From NCBI RefSeq assembly GCF_009914755.1, contig NC_060931.1: a stretch of DNA of 64,000 nt. One strand, written 5' to 3'. Below the pieces are notes generated by a model that had not been told where the DNA came from, ran no database searches, and saw nothing but the letters and a program-made list of their open reading frames with translations. The DNA comes from the human T2T-CHM13v2.0 reference genome, Homo sapiens. Below are positions 19,119 through 37,924 of this stretch, in pieces. The position numbers were made by a program, and so were the translations under genes. How positions within the stretch are numbered: the stretch's first letter is position 1; each line of letters starts with the position of its first letter.

Positions 19119-19359
19119 CCCAGAGATTCTTATTTTATTGAATGGATTATAATCTAGAACACTTACTGTTTTGAAACCACTTTTTTTCTTTTTTAGTTTA
19201 GTCCCACAGTTAAATTGATTCAATGTTTACAGCCAGTCTGTTTACCATAACGTTACCGTTCATTTCTTGGTTGGCTGAAGTTTATCATCTAGTATTTCTT
19301 TAACAAGACCCTACGGGATTTACATTCTTTAAATTCTTAGCCACCTTACAATGGTCTTC

Positions 19360-20970
<1,611 letters not shown>

Positions 20971-21297
20971 TGTTTTTTTTTTTTTTTTTGCCTTTATGCT
21001 TTAGCAAAAGTTGTGCTGGGTTTAAAATGATTGGGTCACTGTTTCTTATCTTGAAGATATTTGGTATAGCCCCACTGTCTCTAGCACTGAATATAGAGAA
21101 GCAAGCCTAAGGCCCATCCTGTAATTTTTATGCACAGGATCAACTTGATATTTTGATTCAATGACCAAGGAATTATTTCTTTATCCATAATGTGTACTAT
21201 TTTTGTTCTTTTTTTTTTAATTGGATGATAGGGATGCGGGTGTCTGAACCTGGAACTGGAAACAGTTATATCCTTTGATAGTCCCTTTTGAGAATGA

Positions 21298-21747
<450 letters not shown>

Positions 21748-21930
21748 TAAATCTTAAAATATATATTTTTGTTTTGTTATTTTAATCTTTTTCTTGGGGA
21801 CAACAATTATGACATGTTGGAACTTTTTTTTTTACTTTATTCTCCGCATAGATAGATAGACAGATACATGATACATAGATATAGATTATATAGGTACTCT
21901 CTATATACATATATGAAATAGGTGTATAGG

Positions 21931-22217
21931 TGTTTGTTGGTTTGTTTGTTTGTTTGAGACAGGGTCTCACTCTGTCACCCAGGCTGAAGTGCAGTGGTAC
22001 AATCATAGGTCACTGCAGTCTCAACCTCCCCAGGCTTAGGTGATCCTCCCACCTCAGCCTCCCGAGTAGTTGGGACTACAGGCACGCACCACCACACCTG
22101 GCTAATTTTTTTGTAGAGACAGGATCTTACCATATGGCCCAGGCTGGTCTCAAAGTGATCCACACACCTTGGCCTCCCAAAGTGCCAGGATTACAGGCGT
22201 GAGCCGCTGTACCCAGC
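21931..22217 (-). mobile_element. AluJ with small internal deletion
   Basis: Dimer; ~13 bp missing at gtctcaaagtgatc. Confidence 0.9.
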
Positions 22218-22996
22218 TATTTTGCTTGCTGTTCTCAACTCTTTTCTTCATAATAATTCCTGTGCTTTCAGCTATGCTAATTCTTCTTTGTCCTTCCTTT
22301 AACACAGCTTATGTTTCTCAGTAGCTTTATCTTTCTCTTCTTCTTCCTGCTTGTTCACTACTTTCTTCCAGCTAACATTTCATCTCTGTTGTCTTGCCAT
22401 ATCTTCTCTGCATGCTGCTATTTCTGCTTGAGCTCTAGTTTCATAAATGCCTCTTTAAGCTTTTCTTTACTGAATGAAAGCCTGGTGATACTGGTCCTCT
22501 TGCCAAAGACCCTATTTTTCTCCATGCATTTCTCATTTGCCATTTCCCTCTGTCCCTTTCCTCCTGTTTTCTTTTATAGCTTCTATCTTGGTCTCTTTTA
22601 TGTTACAGTTTGTCTTTGACTGAAATGAGCTTTTTTTTTTTTTTTCTGAATACAATTTATGGAAGCATCCTCCTGTGGTAGGAGGGCCGGGGGCTGTGAT
22701 TCAGGCCAGAAGTTATTCCCCCTGCTTAGGACTCTTGATGCCCATGTGAGCAGACCCTGACTCTTCCAAGGCAGCAGGAGCCCTCGCGTTCCAGTCCCTG
22801 TGACTCACCCTGCCTCGGGGATGGACTTCTTCCTATAATGAGGATGCACTTGTCACAGGGATGTTCATTTTTTAGTGTTCTTAAGCAGACACAGAAAATG
22901 AGTCTAACAATATGACATCTGTGGCTGTCTCTGCAGCATGTGTTATATGATGCTTTTATTCTTTTTGGTTGGCTTGTTGGACTTTTCTATATTTTC

Positions 22997-23300
<304 letters not shown>

Positions 23301-23384
23301 TATATTTTCATTTTTAACAAAAATGTATATTCCTTCTATAATCATAAAATCAATACATTTTATTAAAAATGGAAGCTTGATCGG

Positions 23385-24330
23385 TACAAAAATAGAAAGA
23401 CTAAGAATTGTTATGTGAGAGCACAACAGGGTGACTATAGTGAACAGTAACTTAATTTTACTTTTTTTATTAGTTTATTTTTATTTTTATTAATTAATTA
23501 ATTTATTCATTTGAACTTTTATTTTTAAGTTCAGGGGTACAAGTGTAGGTTTGTTACCTAGATAAACCTGTGTTGTGGGGGTTTGTTATACATATCATTT
23601 CATCGCCCAGGTATTAAGCCTAGTACCCATTAGTTATTTCTCCTGATCCTCTTCCTCCTCCCACCCTCCACCCTCTGAAAGGCCCCAGGATGTGTAGTTT
23701 CCCCCTATGTGTCCATGTGTTCTTACCATTTAGCTCCTACTTGTAAGTGAGAATATACAGTATTTAGTTTTCCATTCCTGCGTTAGTTTGCTAAGGATAA
23801 TAGCCTCCAGCTCCATCCATGTCCCTACAAAGGACATAAGCTTGTCCTTTTTTATGGCTGCATAGTATTCCGTAGCATGTATGTGCCACATTGTTTTTAT
23901 CCAGTCTATCATTAATGGACATTTATGTTGATTCCATGCCTTTGCTATTGTGAATAGTGCTGCAGTGAACATATGCATGTGTGTGCCTCTACAATAGAAA
24001 GATTTATATTCCTCTGGGTATGTACCCAGTAATGGGATTGTTGGGTCAAATTATATTTCTGTCTTTAAGTTTCTAAGGAATTGCCACACTGTCTTCCACA
24101 ATGGCTGAACTAATTTATAGTCCCTTAATTTTACATTTTAAAATAACTTAAAGAGGGTAGTTTGATTGTAACTCAAAGGATAAGTGCTTGAGGGATGGAT
24201 ACCCTATTCTCCATGATGCACTTATTTCACATTGCATGCCTCTATCAAAACATCTCATGTACCCCATACACATATACACCTACTATGTTCTCACAAAAAT
24301 TAAAAATTAAAAATAACATAAACATAAATA
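23385..24330 (+). mobile_element. L1MA 3' end, split by an antisense L1PA
   Basis: gcacaacagggtgactatag..catctcatgtaccccata..aaaattaaaaa. Confidence 0.8.
23462..24123 (-). mobile_element. L1PA (PA13-16-like) 3' fragment
   Basis: ORF 23730-23978 = ORF2 C-terminus; TSD cttaattttac (23451-23461 / 24124-24134). Confidence 0.92.
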
Positions 24331-25589
24331 AAGCTGATGATCCTCCCTTGTCCCCTCAAAAAGCGGAAGTTTGCACAGCTACAGTGGAATGATTGACAGA
24401 CTTGGGTGAGTGGGAAAGTCGGAGCTACAAGCCTATGCCTCTGAAGCACTCATAGACAATGATGGGAAAATCGGAGTCATAGAGCTCAGACCTGGTAATG
24501 CAAGATAAGCCACTGCAGTTAAAGAAATCACTGGACTAAGGAAAAAAAAAAAGAAATCCCGACTTGATGCTGGACAGGGAAAATCTTATACATCCGGATT
24601 ATTATCATAATATCGATAATTCCCAGGTGAGAGGAAGCTGGAACTCGGAGAGGTTTGGTTAATTTCCCCAAGACTCTCTCTCTATTGTAAAGATGTCAAT
24701 TACATCCTGCTTTTCTAATTCCATATCCTCAGGCCTTTCTACTCCTTCTTGCCTACTTATTAGCTCTCCAGCTGGGGTGACTCAGTATATGGTGGTGCTA
24801 TTATCCAAGAGAGGGAAGACCGAGGAGGGAGAGATAATGAGCTCTGTTTTGGACAGGATGAGTTACTGTGAATGTCATGCTTGCAGCTCTGCTGCAGGAA
24901 TAACATGAAGGGAGAGGCATCATTTTATGTGAAAGCCCACTGTTTCTGTCACCTCGTTCCTGTCAGTCAAATGAGGAAAGAAAATCATGTTTCTAGAACC
25001 CTGCTGGTGGCTGTCTTTCTCCCAGGATGAAATCACCTAGTGAGGATGACATTGGCAATCAGGCTCTGACAGCACCTTCTCTGAGTCATCCATGAGCCAA
25101 ATAGCATCAGGATCATTTCTCGGCATCCACCCTCCTCCCAGCTCTTGGACAGGGGCATTCCTGGCACCCTTGGGTTGGAGGTGGAATGGGAGAGCAATGA
25201 CAGCCTTATTGAATTATCCCCGAACCTTACAGATTCAGCTTCCCTGTTGTCGCCCTAAGCAGCTAGCCTTATGGGAATTTTACCAGGGCTGAGTTTTTTC
25301 CTTAAGGTTCACAAACACAGCATCTGGAATAATTCTCTGTTTTTGCACACAGATCATTTTGCCAAGACTGATTATGAAGCTTCCAAAAACAACCACCACA
25401 ACAAAAATATATCCAGCCAAACTAATGCAACCTGTGTGTGATACACTTTTTGCCCAAGAGCCAGTTGTTGAACTTCAAGCCTATTTTTTTTAAGCGTATC
25501 TATATGGAAAACAATAGTAGTGTACTATTGTATTTCCAGTTGAGATTGTATTATATGCCTGTATCCTGTATATTTTTATTTTTGTATCA

Positions 25590-25800
25590 GATGGGGATTC
25601 GAACTCACACTCTGCCACTTTTCGGTTCTGTTCCCCTGGGTAAGTAAGTTAGTTTCTAAACCTTAATTCCCTCATGTATAAAATCGTTATAACGATATCA
25701 ATTTTACTCTTGTAAGGATCCTATTAAACGAGATAATGCATAGAAAACATTAGCACAAATCTTGGAGCATCGCAAGTGCAAAATAAATAGCAGCTATTAT
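25590..25800 (+). mobile_element. MIR
   Basis: Near full-length MIR pattern (..ccctcatgtataaaat..gagataatgca..ataaatagcagctattat). Confidence 0.7.
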
Positions 25801-25867
25801 CAATATTCTTCTGCAAAAGACAATATTGACAAAATTTACCCCAATTGTGTATATAAGATGCTCTTTC

Positions 25868-26180
25868 TTTTTTTCTTTTTTCTTTTCTTTTTTTTTTCTG
25901 AGGCAGAGTCTCACTCTGTCACCCAGGCTGGAGTGCAGTGGCACCATCTCTGCTCACTGCAAGCTCCACATCCTGGGTTCACACCATTCTCTGCCTCAGC
26001 CTCCCAAGTAGCTAGAACTACAGGCGCCCACCACCACGCCCGGCTAATTTTTTGTATTTTTTAGTAGAGACGGGGTTTCACTGTGTTAGCCAGGATGGTC
26101 TCGATCTCCTGACCTCATGATCTGCCCGCCTCAGCCTCCCAAAGTGCTGGGATTACAGGCGTGAGCCACCACGCCTGGCC
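25868..26180 (-). mobile_element. AluY
   Basis: ctgcaagctcc, gttagccaggatggtctcgatctcc; degenerate 16-bp TSD. Confidence 0.92.
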
Positions 26181-26547
26181 CATATGATGGTCTTTCATGA
26201 GGACATTGCCTTGTACACAATTCCAGTGTGGTTTTTGTGTTTAAGAATGAATGTGGCTGCCATGATGCATTTCAAGGCCTTCTTGGGTCTTCCTCTATGA
26301 CTGCACAGAACTCCCTACTCCAGCATTTATGCAAGTAGAGTCTGTTATCAACATACAACAATAGCAGTGTCTATCAACTCTAGATAGTAAAAAAAAAAAA
26401 AAAAAGAGAGAGAGAGCAGAGATCACTTTTTGTTTTATGTCCCAATGTGTCCCAAGCATCTGGTACATAGTAGGATCCTAAAGATTGAATAAATAAATCA
26501 CCTTCTATAAGCCAAACACCATGCAAGAGGCTTTGCCGCTCTGCTTC

Positions 26548-27313
<766 letters not shown>

Positions 27314-27357
27314 TGTCCTTTAATTTTCCTCTATCTCCTTGAAAACTAACTGATTCT

Positions 27358-27730
27358 TGTATCAGGACAGGCTAACTTGTGCTATGGTAACGAACAACCC
27401 TCCAATCTTAGCAACTTACAACAACAGATTCTTACTCACACCACATCTCTAACTGTTGATCAGCTGATAGCTTAGCTCCCAGGTTTTCTGACCCTAAGAC
27501 CCAGGAAATGGAGCAGCCACTCTTGCTAGTATCAGGGATGCAGAGAGAGAGAGACAGAGAGAGCAGGTGAATAACAAGCTGTCTCTCAGCTCACAGCCAG
27601 AAGTGACACGTGTCTGTTGCACCTCCATTTCTTTGGCCTAGCATGTCATCTGGCCATGCCTAATATCAAAGGGGATGGGATAAGGGAAATGGCATTCTGT
27701 TAAGCTCCTGGAAGAAGAAATAGAATTTCT
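27358..27730 (-). mobile_element. MLT1 (K/L-like) MaLR LTR
   Basis: tgtatcaggacaggctaa..ggtaacgaacaaccc terminus. Confidence 0.6.
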
Positions 27731-28714
27731 GTGAAGAGTCCTTGCTTCCTCACAAGGGAAACTGAGGTTCTCGGTTAAGTCACTCCGCCAGTTGTTCAGG
27801 AATTGAATATTGATCTGACTCCAAGGCACCAGTGTACAATTTGTCTTTTTGGTCAGCTTGCTTCTCATGTCTTCATGGTGCCCGATAAGGAGATCTGCTT
27901 TTTCCTAGACCTGAATAGTCTGACTAAACAAAACCAGGTTGCCATTTCCTATAAATATCAAATTCCAGGGAATTGTCTCCTAGGCAAGAGGGATCTCTCC
28001 AGAACCACAGGAATTGCTAGTTGGCAAGGCCCCAGGTAACACCAAGAAGCTTGCCTTTGTCACTCGGATGTGGCCCAGATTTCCAAGCTGTCGAGCTCCA
28101 AGTGCCAAATGATATCAGGATTCGTTGTGGAGAAGCTGTCCTTGTAATCCCGGGAGATAATCTCTATCATCTAAGAGAGGAAGGGAGCTTGCCAGAGATA
28201 AAAATGCTCACACAAGGCCAAAATTCCCCCGAAAGTAAGTTTAAAGGGACAGTGGTGACAGAACAAAGTTTTCACATGACCACAAGACCACTTAATCCAA
28301 TCCCAAGCCTCCATTTCCAAAATGGCTGGCTGGCTCAGCTTTCTGCCCTACAAAATCAAAAGGCAAATATTGTTACTGGTGCTCCAATTTCAGCAAACTC
28401 TTAGAATATTTCTACTTACATAAATGTAATGGAGGAGGAAAAAGTGTATACCTTCTTTTCTTTCTAAAACAATCACTTAGTAACTCATTACTCATCAGCT
28501 GACATTTGGAAATAGCATGGTAGCCTGAAGTCAAATCTTTTTTCGTTTCTTCAATCACTCTCCTTCACTTACAGAGTGAGTCTCAGTTGTATTTTTTAAG
28601 CAGACTGTGGAAACTCACAATTCACAGGTCATGAATTGTTGGTTTCAGCATCATCAGCTACTGAAACCTTATTCAAACCACTTATAATAATATGAGTATC
28701 GGTTGGTGTTTTTA

Positions 28715-29199
<485 letters not shown>

Positions 29200-29519
29200 T
29201 TACATAGGGCCCAAAAGATTGGTTGGACGAGTTGTGCCATTTACATAGCGTGTGAAGAAGCTGGCCATCCCATCCTCATCCTGCATTATGAATATGGGGT
29301 CTCTACCTGGCTGGCGCCATGTTGCCTGTTCCTTTACTGTACACAAGGTTGACAAAGAAGAGAGAAGATGGAGCCGCCATGTTGAACATGCCTGGCCCCC
29401 AGGTAGCTTTTTCCGATTGGCACAGCTGCCAGCATTTCACCCGTGCAAGCTTCCAGCTTGCTTATCTATGTCAGCAGCTCGATTTTACAGGCTGCTTTTT
29501 GTTAGAGAAGAAAAGATTT

Positions 29520-30043
<524 letters not shown>

Positions 30044-30763
30044 AAAGAAATAATTTGAGGGTTGCTTTTTATTAAAATGGAAACCTTACGAAGGACTTAC
30101 TTACCCTCACTAACTGCCTAAATGATTTTTTTTTAGCTCCCGTGTCTCTACTGACTGCTCACACCATGCTTACGTGAGTCATCTACAAGAGGGCACTAAC
30201 CTGCCCTTAAACTCTGAATTTTCTGACATTGACGACATGCCTGTCCTCCCACATCCACCTATCTCCAGGTCTCTGACATTTACCTTTCTCATTGGCATGC
30301 AAGAAAATGATTGCCCTTACTTATTATTTATGTTAGTATCAGGGGTAAAATGAGGTGGTACTTGGCACCCATAGCTGAGTCACTTTGACCATCAGAGACA
30401 CAGTTTTAATGAGATTGGCTGTGTAAGGCTATGACGTGGAAGGTGAATCTCTAAAGTTCTGGGATAATTCAATAAGGTTGTCACTGCTCTTCCACCCCAG
30501 CTTCATCCCCCAAAGTGCTTGGAATGCCCCCATCCAAGAGCCAGGAGCAGGGTGGACGTCAAAAAATAATCCTGATGCTATTTGGCTCATGGATGATTCA
30601 GAGCAGGTGCTGTCAGAGCCCTAATTTCCCTTGTTTTTGAACTATCATGTCATACTCCTTCGTGCATAACATTTTATCTCTCAGGATCTTCCTTCTTTCC
30701 CCCCATAAATAACTTTCCATTGCTTTCCCACCCGTAATGTGGACTATTTAGAACCTCCCCTCC

Positions 30764-31043
30764 TCTTGCTCTTTCACCCAGGCTGAAGTGCTGTGGTGTG
30801 ATCTTAGCTCACTGCAGGCTCAAACTCCTGGGCTTGAGTAATCCTCTCACCATAGCCTCCCAAGTAGCCGGGACTACAGGTGTGTACTACCATACTCAGC
30901 TAATTTTTTCATTTTTATTTTTGTAGATACAGGGGGTCTCACTATGTTGCCCAGGCTGGTCTCGAACTCCTGGCCCCAAGTGATCTTCCCACGTCGGCCT
31001 CCTGAAATACAGGGACTACAGGCATGAGCCACCATGCCTGGCC
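30764..31043 (-). mobile_element. AluJ lacking its 3' end and tail
   Basis: Body intact from tcttgctctttcaccc; no poly-T. Confidence 0.88.
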
Positions 31044-31388
31044 TTAAATCTGCATTTTGTATTTTCTCCCCATTATATGGTTTGCCTCTACTGGAGACAG
31101 TCAGGCAGGATTTCCACTGTAGAAGAGGGACTTCCATAGAGTCAGCTTCCAGATCCACAGGGCATAGATTTGCAGCTCAGATCAGAAAGCAGGCTGACAG
31201 GGAATGAGGAGTGAGGAAGGATTGAGATGGGAAGTTATATTAGAATCTTCCTTTTTGGCTCTTTCCAGTGTCTGGATAACTTTTTGTGCTAGCCAGGATG
31301 ACAGACTTCCCGAGAAAAGAAAGAACAGTGGAGCATGAAGGTAGACTAGTTGCTTCCTGCCTCAGTTTCCATTTTATGCCAATGTTAG

Positions 31389-32104
<716 letters not shown>

Positions 32105-32688
32105 ATAGTGTTTGGTTTCAAATTGAGAATGAGGTAAATCTGCATATGCTGCTATTTTCAAGGAAATAAAGAGAATCTGTACTGTGGATTATCCAGGGTA
32201 CTCACAGGGGCCAGAGTGAGTGCTGCAACAATATTCCTACAAAGGGGATCTGTCGTGCTGAATCGCCCCCTGTAAAGGAGGTAAAGGAAAGAGAGTTTCA
32301 AAAGCACCATTCAGAATTTTAAAAAGTGCTCCCTGCTTTTGGGAGACACTGGGGAACTGATACCTGAGAATGTTAAAGTGCTTTGTGAATGGAGTCAGAC
32401 TCGTAACCCAAGATACTGGAGGGAAGGGCTGACCACCTGCCCTGAGGGTAGAGCCTGGGGACGATGGACTTGGGATTGGCCAGCAAAGGGTCTGCCAAGC
32501 ACAGGGAAGACGAGTGTTTCCTGTGGCGCACACGTGGCCAGTACTGCAGATAGAGCAGCTGTGGGTCATCTTGGGTCCTTTTCAATAAGGCTGTCCCAAG
32601 GGGCAAAGAGATTCCAGCGAAAAGAGGCTGGAGAATAACAGTTGCACACACAGGGCTGAAGAAATACTTGTAAGTCATGACCTACTAG

Positions 32689-32917
32689 GTGCCTAGACCC
32701 CAGGTGGACTTTTCCTATTGGCACAGCTGCCAGCATTCATTCACCTGTGCAAGCTTCCAGCTTGCTTTTCTATGTCTGCAGCTTAATTTTACAGGTTGCT
32801 CTTTGTTAGAAAAGAAATGATTTGGGGGCTGCTTTTATTTTTTTAAAGGAAAACCTTACTGAGGGCTATCTTCCCCTCACTATCTGCCTAAATAATTTCT
32901 TTTTAGCTCCTGTATCA
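32689..32917 (-). mobile_element. MER50-like LTR fragment (5' ~230 bp)
   Basis: Matches 29390-30147 and 56470-56684; ends ctcctgtatca. Confidence 0.85.
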
Positions 32918-33082
32918 GAATCAAACCACCATCCATAGCCAACTTTCCCAGGAGACACTAGGAAGACACAGAAGTCAAACTGGGTGAAGATAATGTTTAG
33001 ATAGAGCTTTACTTTGGGCAACTGAACACAGAAAACTTTAACTGTGGCTACCTTTCATCACCGGAAGATTTATTACATTCTA

Positions 33083-33517
<435 letters not shown>

Positions 33518-33633
33518 CTAAATAAAGGAGAATTTAAATGTGCTTATTTGGGGGTTTGGTTTTCTTTAAAAGGGGACCTTGTCTACTCCTCCCTCGTTGC
33601 TACCCTACAAACTAGCGTCAACCTATATAGTCT

Positions 33634-34233
33634 TGTTACCAGAAAGGAGTCCTGATCCAGACCCCAAGATGAGGGTTCTTGGATCTCAGGCAAGAAGGAA
33701 TTTGGGGTGAGTCCATACAGTAAAGTGAAAGCAAGTTTATTAAGAAAGTAAAGGAATAAAAAAATGCCTACTTCATTGGCAGAGCAGTGGCATGGACTGC
33801 TTAACTAAGGACGCTTATAGTTATTTCTTGATTATATGCTAAACAAGGGGTGAATTACTTATGAAGTTTCTGGGAATGGGGTGGGCAATTACTGAAACTG
33901 AGGCTTCTTCCCCTTTTTAGACCATATAGGGTAACTCCCAGACATTGCCATTTGTAAACTGTCTTGGCATTTGTAAACTGTCTTTGGTGCTGGTGGGAAT
34001 GTCTTTTAGCATGCGAATGCACTATAATTAATGTATAATGAGCAGTGAGGATGACCAGCAGTCACTTTTGTCGCCATCTTGGTTTTGGTGGGTCTTGGCT
34101 GGCTTCTTTACGGCACCCTGTTTTATCAGCAAGGTCTTTGTGACCTGTATCTTGTGCCAACCTCCTATCTCTTCCTGTGACTAAGAATGCCCCTATTCAA
34201 GATGGAGTTGCTGTGGTTCAAATGCCTCTGACA
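33634..34233 (-). mobile_element. MER41 (MER41B-like) ERV1 solo LTR
   Basis: Reverse strand starts tgtcagaggcatttgaacca..actccatcttgaatagg; + strand starts tgttaccagaaagg..gatccagaccccaag; TSD gtct/gtgt. Confidence 0.9.
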
Positions 34234-34681
34234 GTGTCACTGAAGAGATGATTTGACTTAAGTTGAAAAACAGGTACATAGTATTGATTGAAGATGTAGG
34301 GACAATGCCTGGGTTTAGGTGCCAGCACGGTGTAGTCAGCCTTACCATCTCATTCCCTGCCTTCTGGGTGGGGAAGTGAGTCCAGCAAGGCCAAATGCCC
34401 CCCACATTTGTGCATCTTCTTGGAAATTTCCACTTTATCACGGGAGGCATGTATTTCAAGTTGCACCAGCTGTGTTCTGGGCAACTCTTTGGATGCCTTC
34501 TTTTATAAAGTGGCATTGAGAAGTTGAGAGGATGCTGAGATAGCAATTTGCAAACTTGGTTCAAATTTTGACTCTGTGGCTAGCTCTATGAGCTGAGTAT
34601 GTCACCTAATGGTGCTAGGTCTCTGCATGATCAACTCTAAAACCATGAAGGGTTGTTCTGAGGATTCAATAAAACCATGTC

Positions 34682-35197
34682 CAGTCCTCCCTTGATATAC
34701 ATGGGGGATTGATTGCTTTCAGGACCCCTGTCTTCCACCTTCTAGTCCCCACCCACCTCAGATACCAAAATCCAAGTATGCTGAAGTCCCTTATGCTACA
34801 GAATGGTGTAGTAGTTGTGTATAACCTACGTACAACCTGTTGTACACTTTCAATTTTATCTTTAGATTGCTTCTAATACCTTATACAATGTAAATGCTAT
34901 GTAAATGGTTGTTATACTGTATAGATTTTTTAATTTGTATTTTTTTATTGACTTTTGTTCAGTTTTTTTCTTTTTTTTTTTGTTTTTTTGATAGAGACTG
35001 AGTATCTCTCTGTCTCCCGCTGGAGTGCAGTGGTCCCATCATAGCTCACTGCAGCCTCAAACTCCTGGGGTCAAGTGATCCTTCCCACCTCAGCCTCCTG
35101 AGTTGCTGAGATCACAAGCACAAGCCTCCCACATATTTTTAATCCTTGGTTGGTTGAATCCATGGATGTAGAACCCACAAATACAAAGAGCCAATTG
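34682..35197. mobile_element. MER2 (TcMar-Tigger) inside a MIR, split by Alu fragment
   Basis: gataccaaaatcc..aagtcccttat..tggttgaatccatggatg..gagccaattg followed by TA. Confidence 0.82.
34963..35130 (-). mobile_element. AluJ right-arm fragment
   Basis: T-tract plus right-arm sequence. Confidence 0.75.
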
Positions 35198-35338
35198 TAT
35201 GTAAAAATCTTTTGCATAATGCTTGACACATAGCCAGTCCTTGATAAATGATAGTTGAGCATTATGAGTCTATTTTGATAATAAAACAATAACCCTGGGA
35301 GTTCACTACTAAGATATTATAGCTCACAAAGTCAATAA

Positions 35339-35491
<153 letters not shown>

Positions 35492-35866
35492 TGAATAGGA
35501 CTCAATCAATGGCTGCGAGTTAATGGACAATCAATGCTCAGCTTACTTGAAGTCCAGGTAGCACTGAGTGTGGTTGCAAAGGGAAAACTTAATATTCAGC
35601 CTATTCCAGAATGCTTACATGATCATGCGTTTCTAAACACTAAAACTGAAGAAGACTTTTGGACATTCTGTCTCTGCCTTTCCACTCCCTTTTACCTGGC
35701 TGCCAGCCTACTTAAACATTCTTCTACTTCTCATTGGTTTGTTCCAGTGAAAAGGTTTGTTGAGTAAGCCACTGAAATTTTTAAAGCCATGTTGGAAATA
35801 CCTAAGTAAGCAGAGCACAGCTTTACAAACAGAGGATATTAAAGAGATAAATTGTGGATTGAAAGA

Positions 35867-36582
<716 letters not shown>

Positions 36583-37069
36583 GGAGAGAGAGAGAGAGTG
36601 GCCAATAAAAAGTATGTGAAGCATTGCATGGAGCCAGTAGCTCTTTAAGGCATCTCGAGTTCTTCACATGCCACATAAGCCTTCCAATAGGTACAATGTG
36701 TTGTCCCTGGAAGCTCCCAAAATGCTCTTCGTGGAATGGGTTAACCCCTTCTCTGCCAAGAATTCTCACTCAGGAGGAGCAAATGTTCACTGAACTGCCT
36801 GCCAAATGACTCAGTGTCATGATTTCGAGTCCTTCCCACCCTGGTGTCTCTCTCCTGTAGCCTCCTGAGCTTTCCCATGTTCCTCTTTCTCTTCCTTTGA
36901 TGGGAGCACCAGGCTGTGTTAATGGGGCTAGGGTTCCCGTAGGCTTCTATGGCACCCGGGTGAGTCTTGTTAAGCCTGTGGCCCATGTTCCCATCCCAAC
37001 TTATTTATGTGAACAACCCTTCTCTTGAAACACTTAAAAGCAGATATTTAGTTTTATCGCCATTACAAC

Positions 37070-37530
37070 AACACCATTTTATGACTGCCCACCAAATTCC
37101 AGATTCTGTATTAAAGGTTTCACATGTATTACCTTGTTTAATCCTCAAACCAGGAATTAGCAAACTCTTTCCATAAAGGGCCTGATAGTAACTCTTTGAG
37201 GCTTTGCAGGCCATCTGGCCCCTGTCTTAGCTGCTCAGTTCTGCCACTGAAGCATAAAAATAGCCATAGACAACATGTAAATAAGTGAGGTTGGCTGTGT
37301 TCCCATAAAACTTTATGTAGAAAAACAGGCAGCAGGGGTGAGCTTGCACATAGGTGGCAGTTGGCTGACCCCTGCTCTAAACACCCATGGAAGTAAGCAG
37401 GTTGTTAATACCCATTTCACAGATGAGTAAATGAAGCATACAGGAGATCAAGCAACTTTGCAAAGATTGGAAGGATTGTAAATGGCAACCCAGGGTCTGT
37501 GTGATACCAGGTCCTATGTAAACACTATGT
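37070..37530 (-). mobile_element. MIR, split by MER58A
   Basis: cccatttcacagatgag.. core. Confidence 0.6.
37151..37374. mobile_element. MER58A (hAT-Charlie)
   Basis: cagg..gcaaact / ttggctgacccctg TIRs; 224 bp; TSD cctcaaac/ctctaaac. Confidence 0.85.
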
Positions 37531-37924
37531 CCTAGCGGCTGCAAATGAAAAATACATGAGGCTTAGAAAACAGAGAGAAGGAGGACAGGCACTTTCTCCA
37601 GCAGCCTGCCCCTTCCTCATGACCACAAGCTTCCCCCTGAGTTCTGCACCAGCAACTCACCTTTCCTTGTGGGCTGGGATCTTGCTCATGGCAGCAGTTG
37701 CTTGTAGTGCTCTGATGTGATTGTGAGGTAGGCAGGTTGACTATTGTTCTCTATTCTGTACTAGAATGCAACTTCCAGGAGCTCTCTAGATAAAGACAAT
37801 AGCTATTTCTTTCTTTTCCAGGAATGTAAATAATATTTATTGCCACATGTGTTAATGGCATTTACTGATTGAATAATGAAATTATTCAGTGTGTGTGTCT
37901 CTAGCATGTGTCTATATGCCAGAC

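Noticed and set aside
28021-28404. 127-aa ORF in unique sequence
   Set aside because: TTG start, no domain similarity I can recognise, and no clear splice framework.
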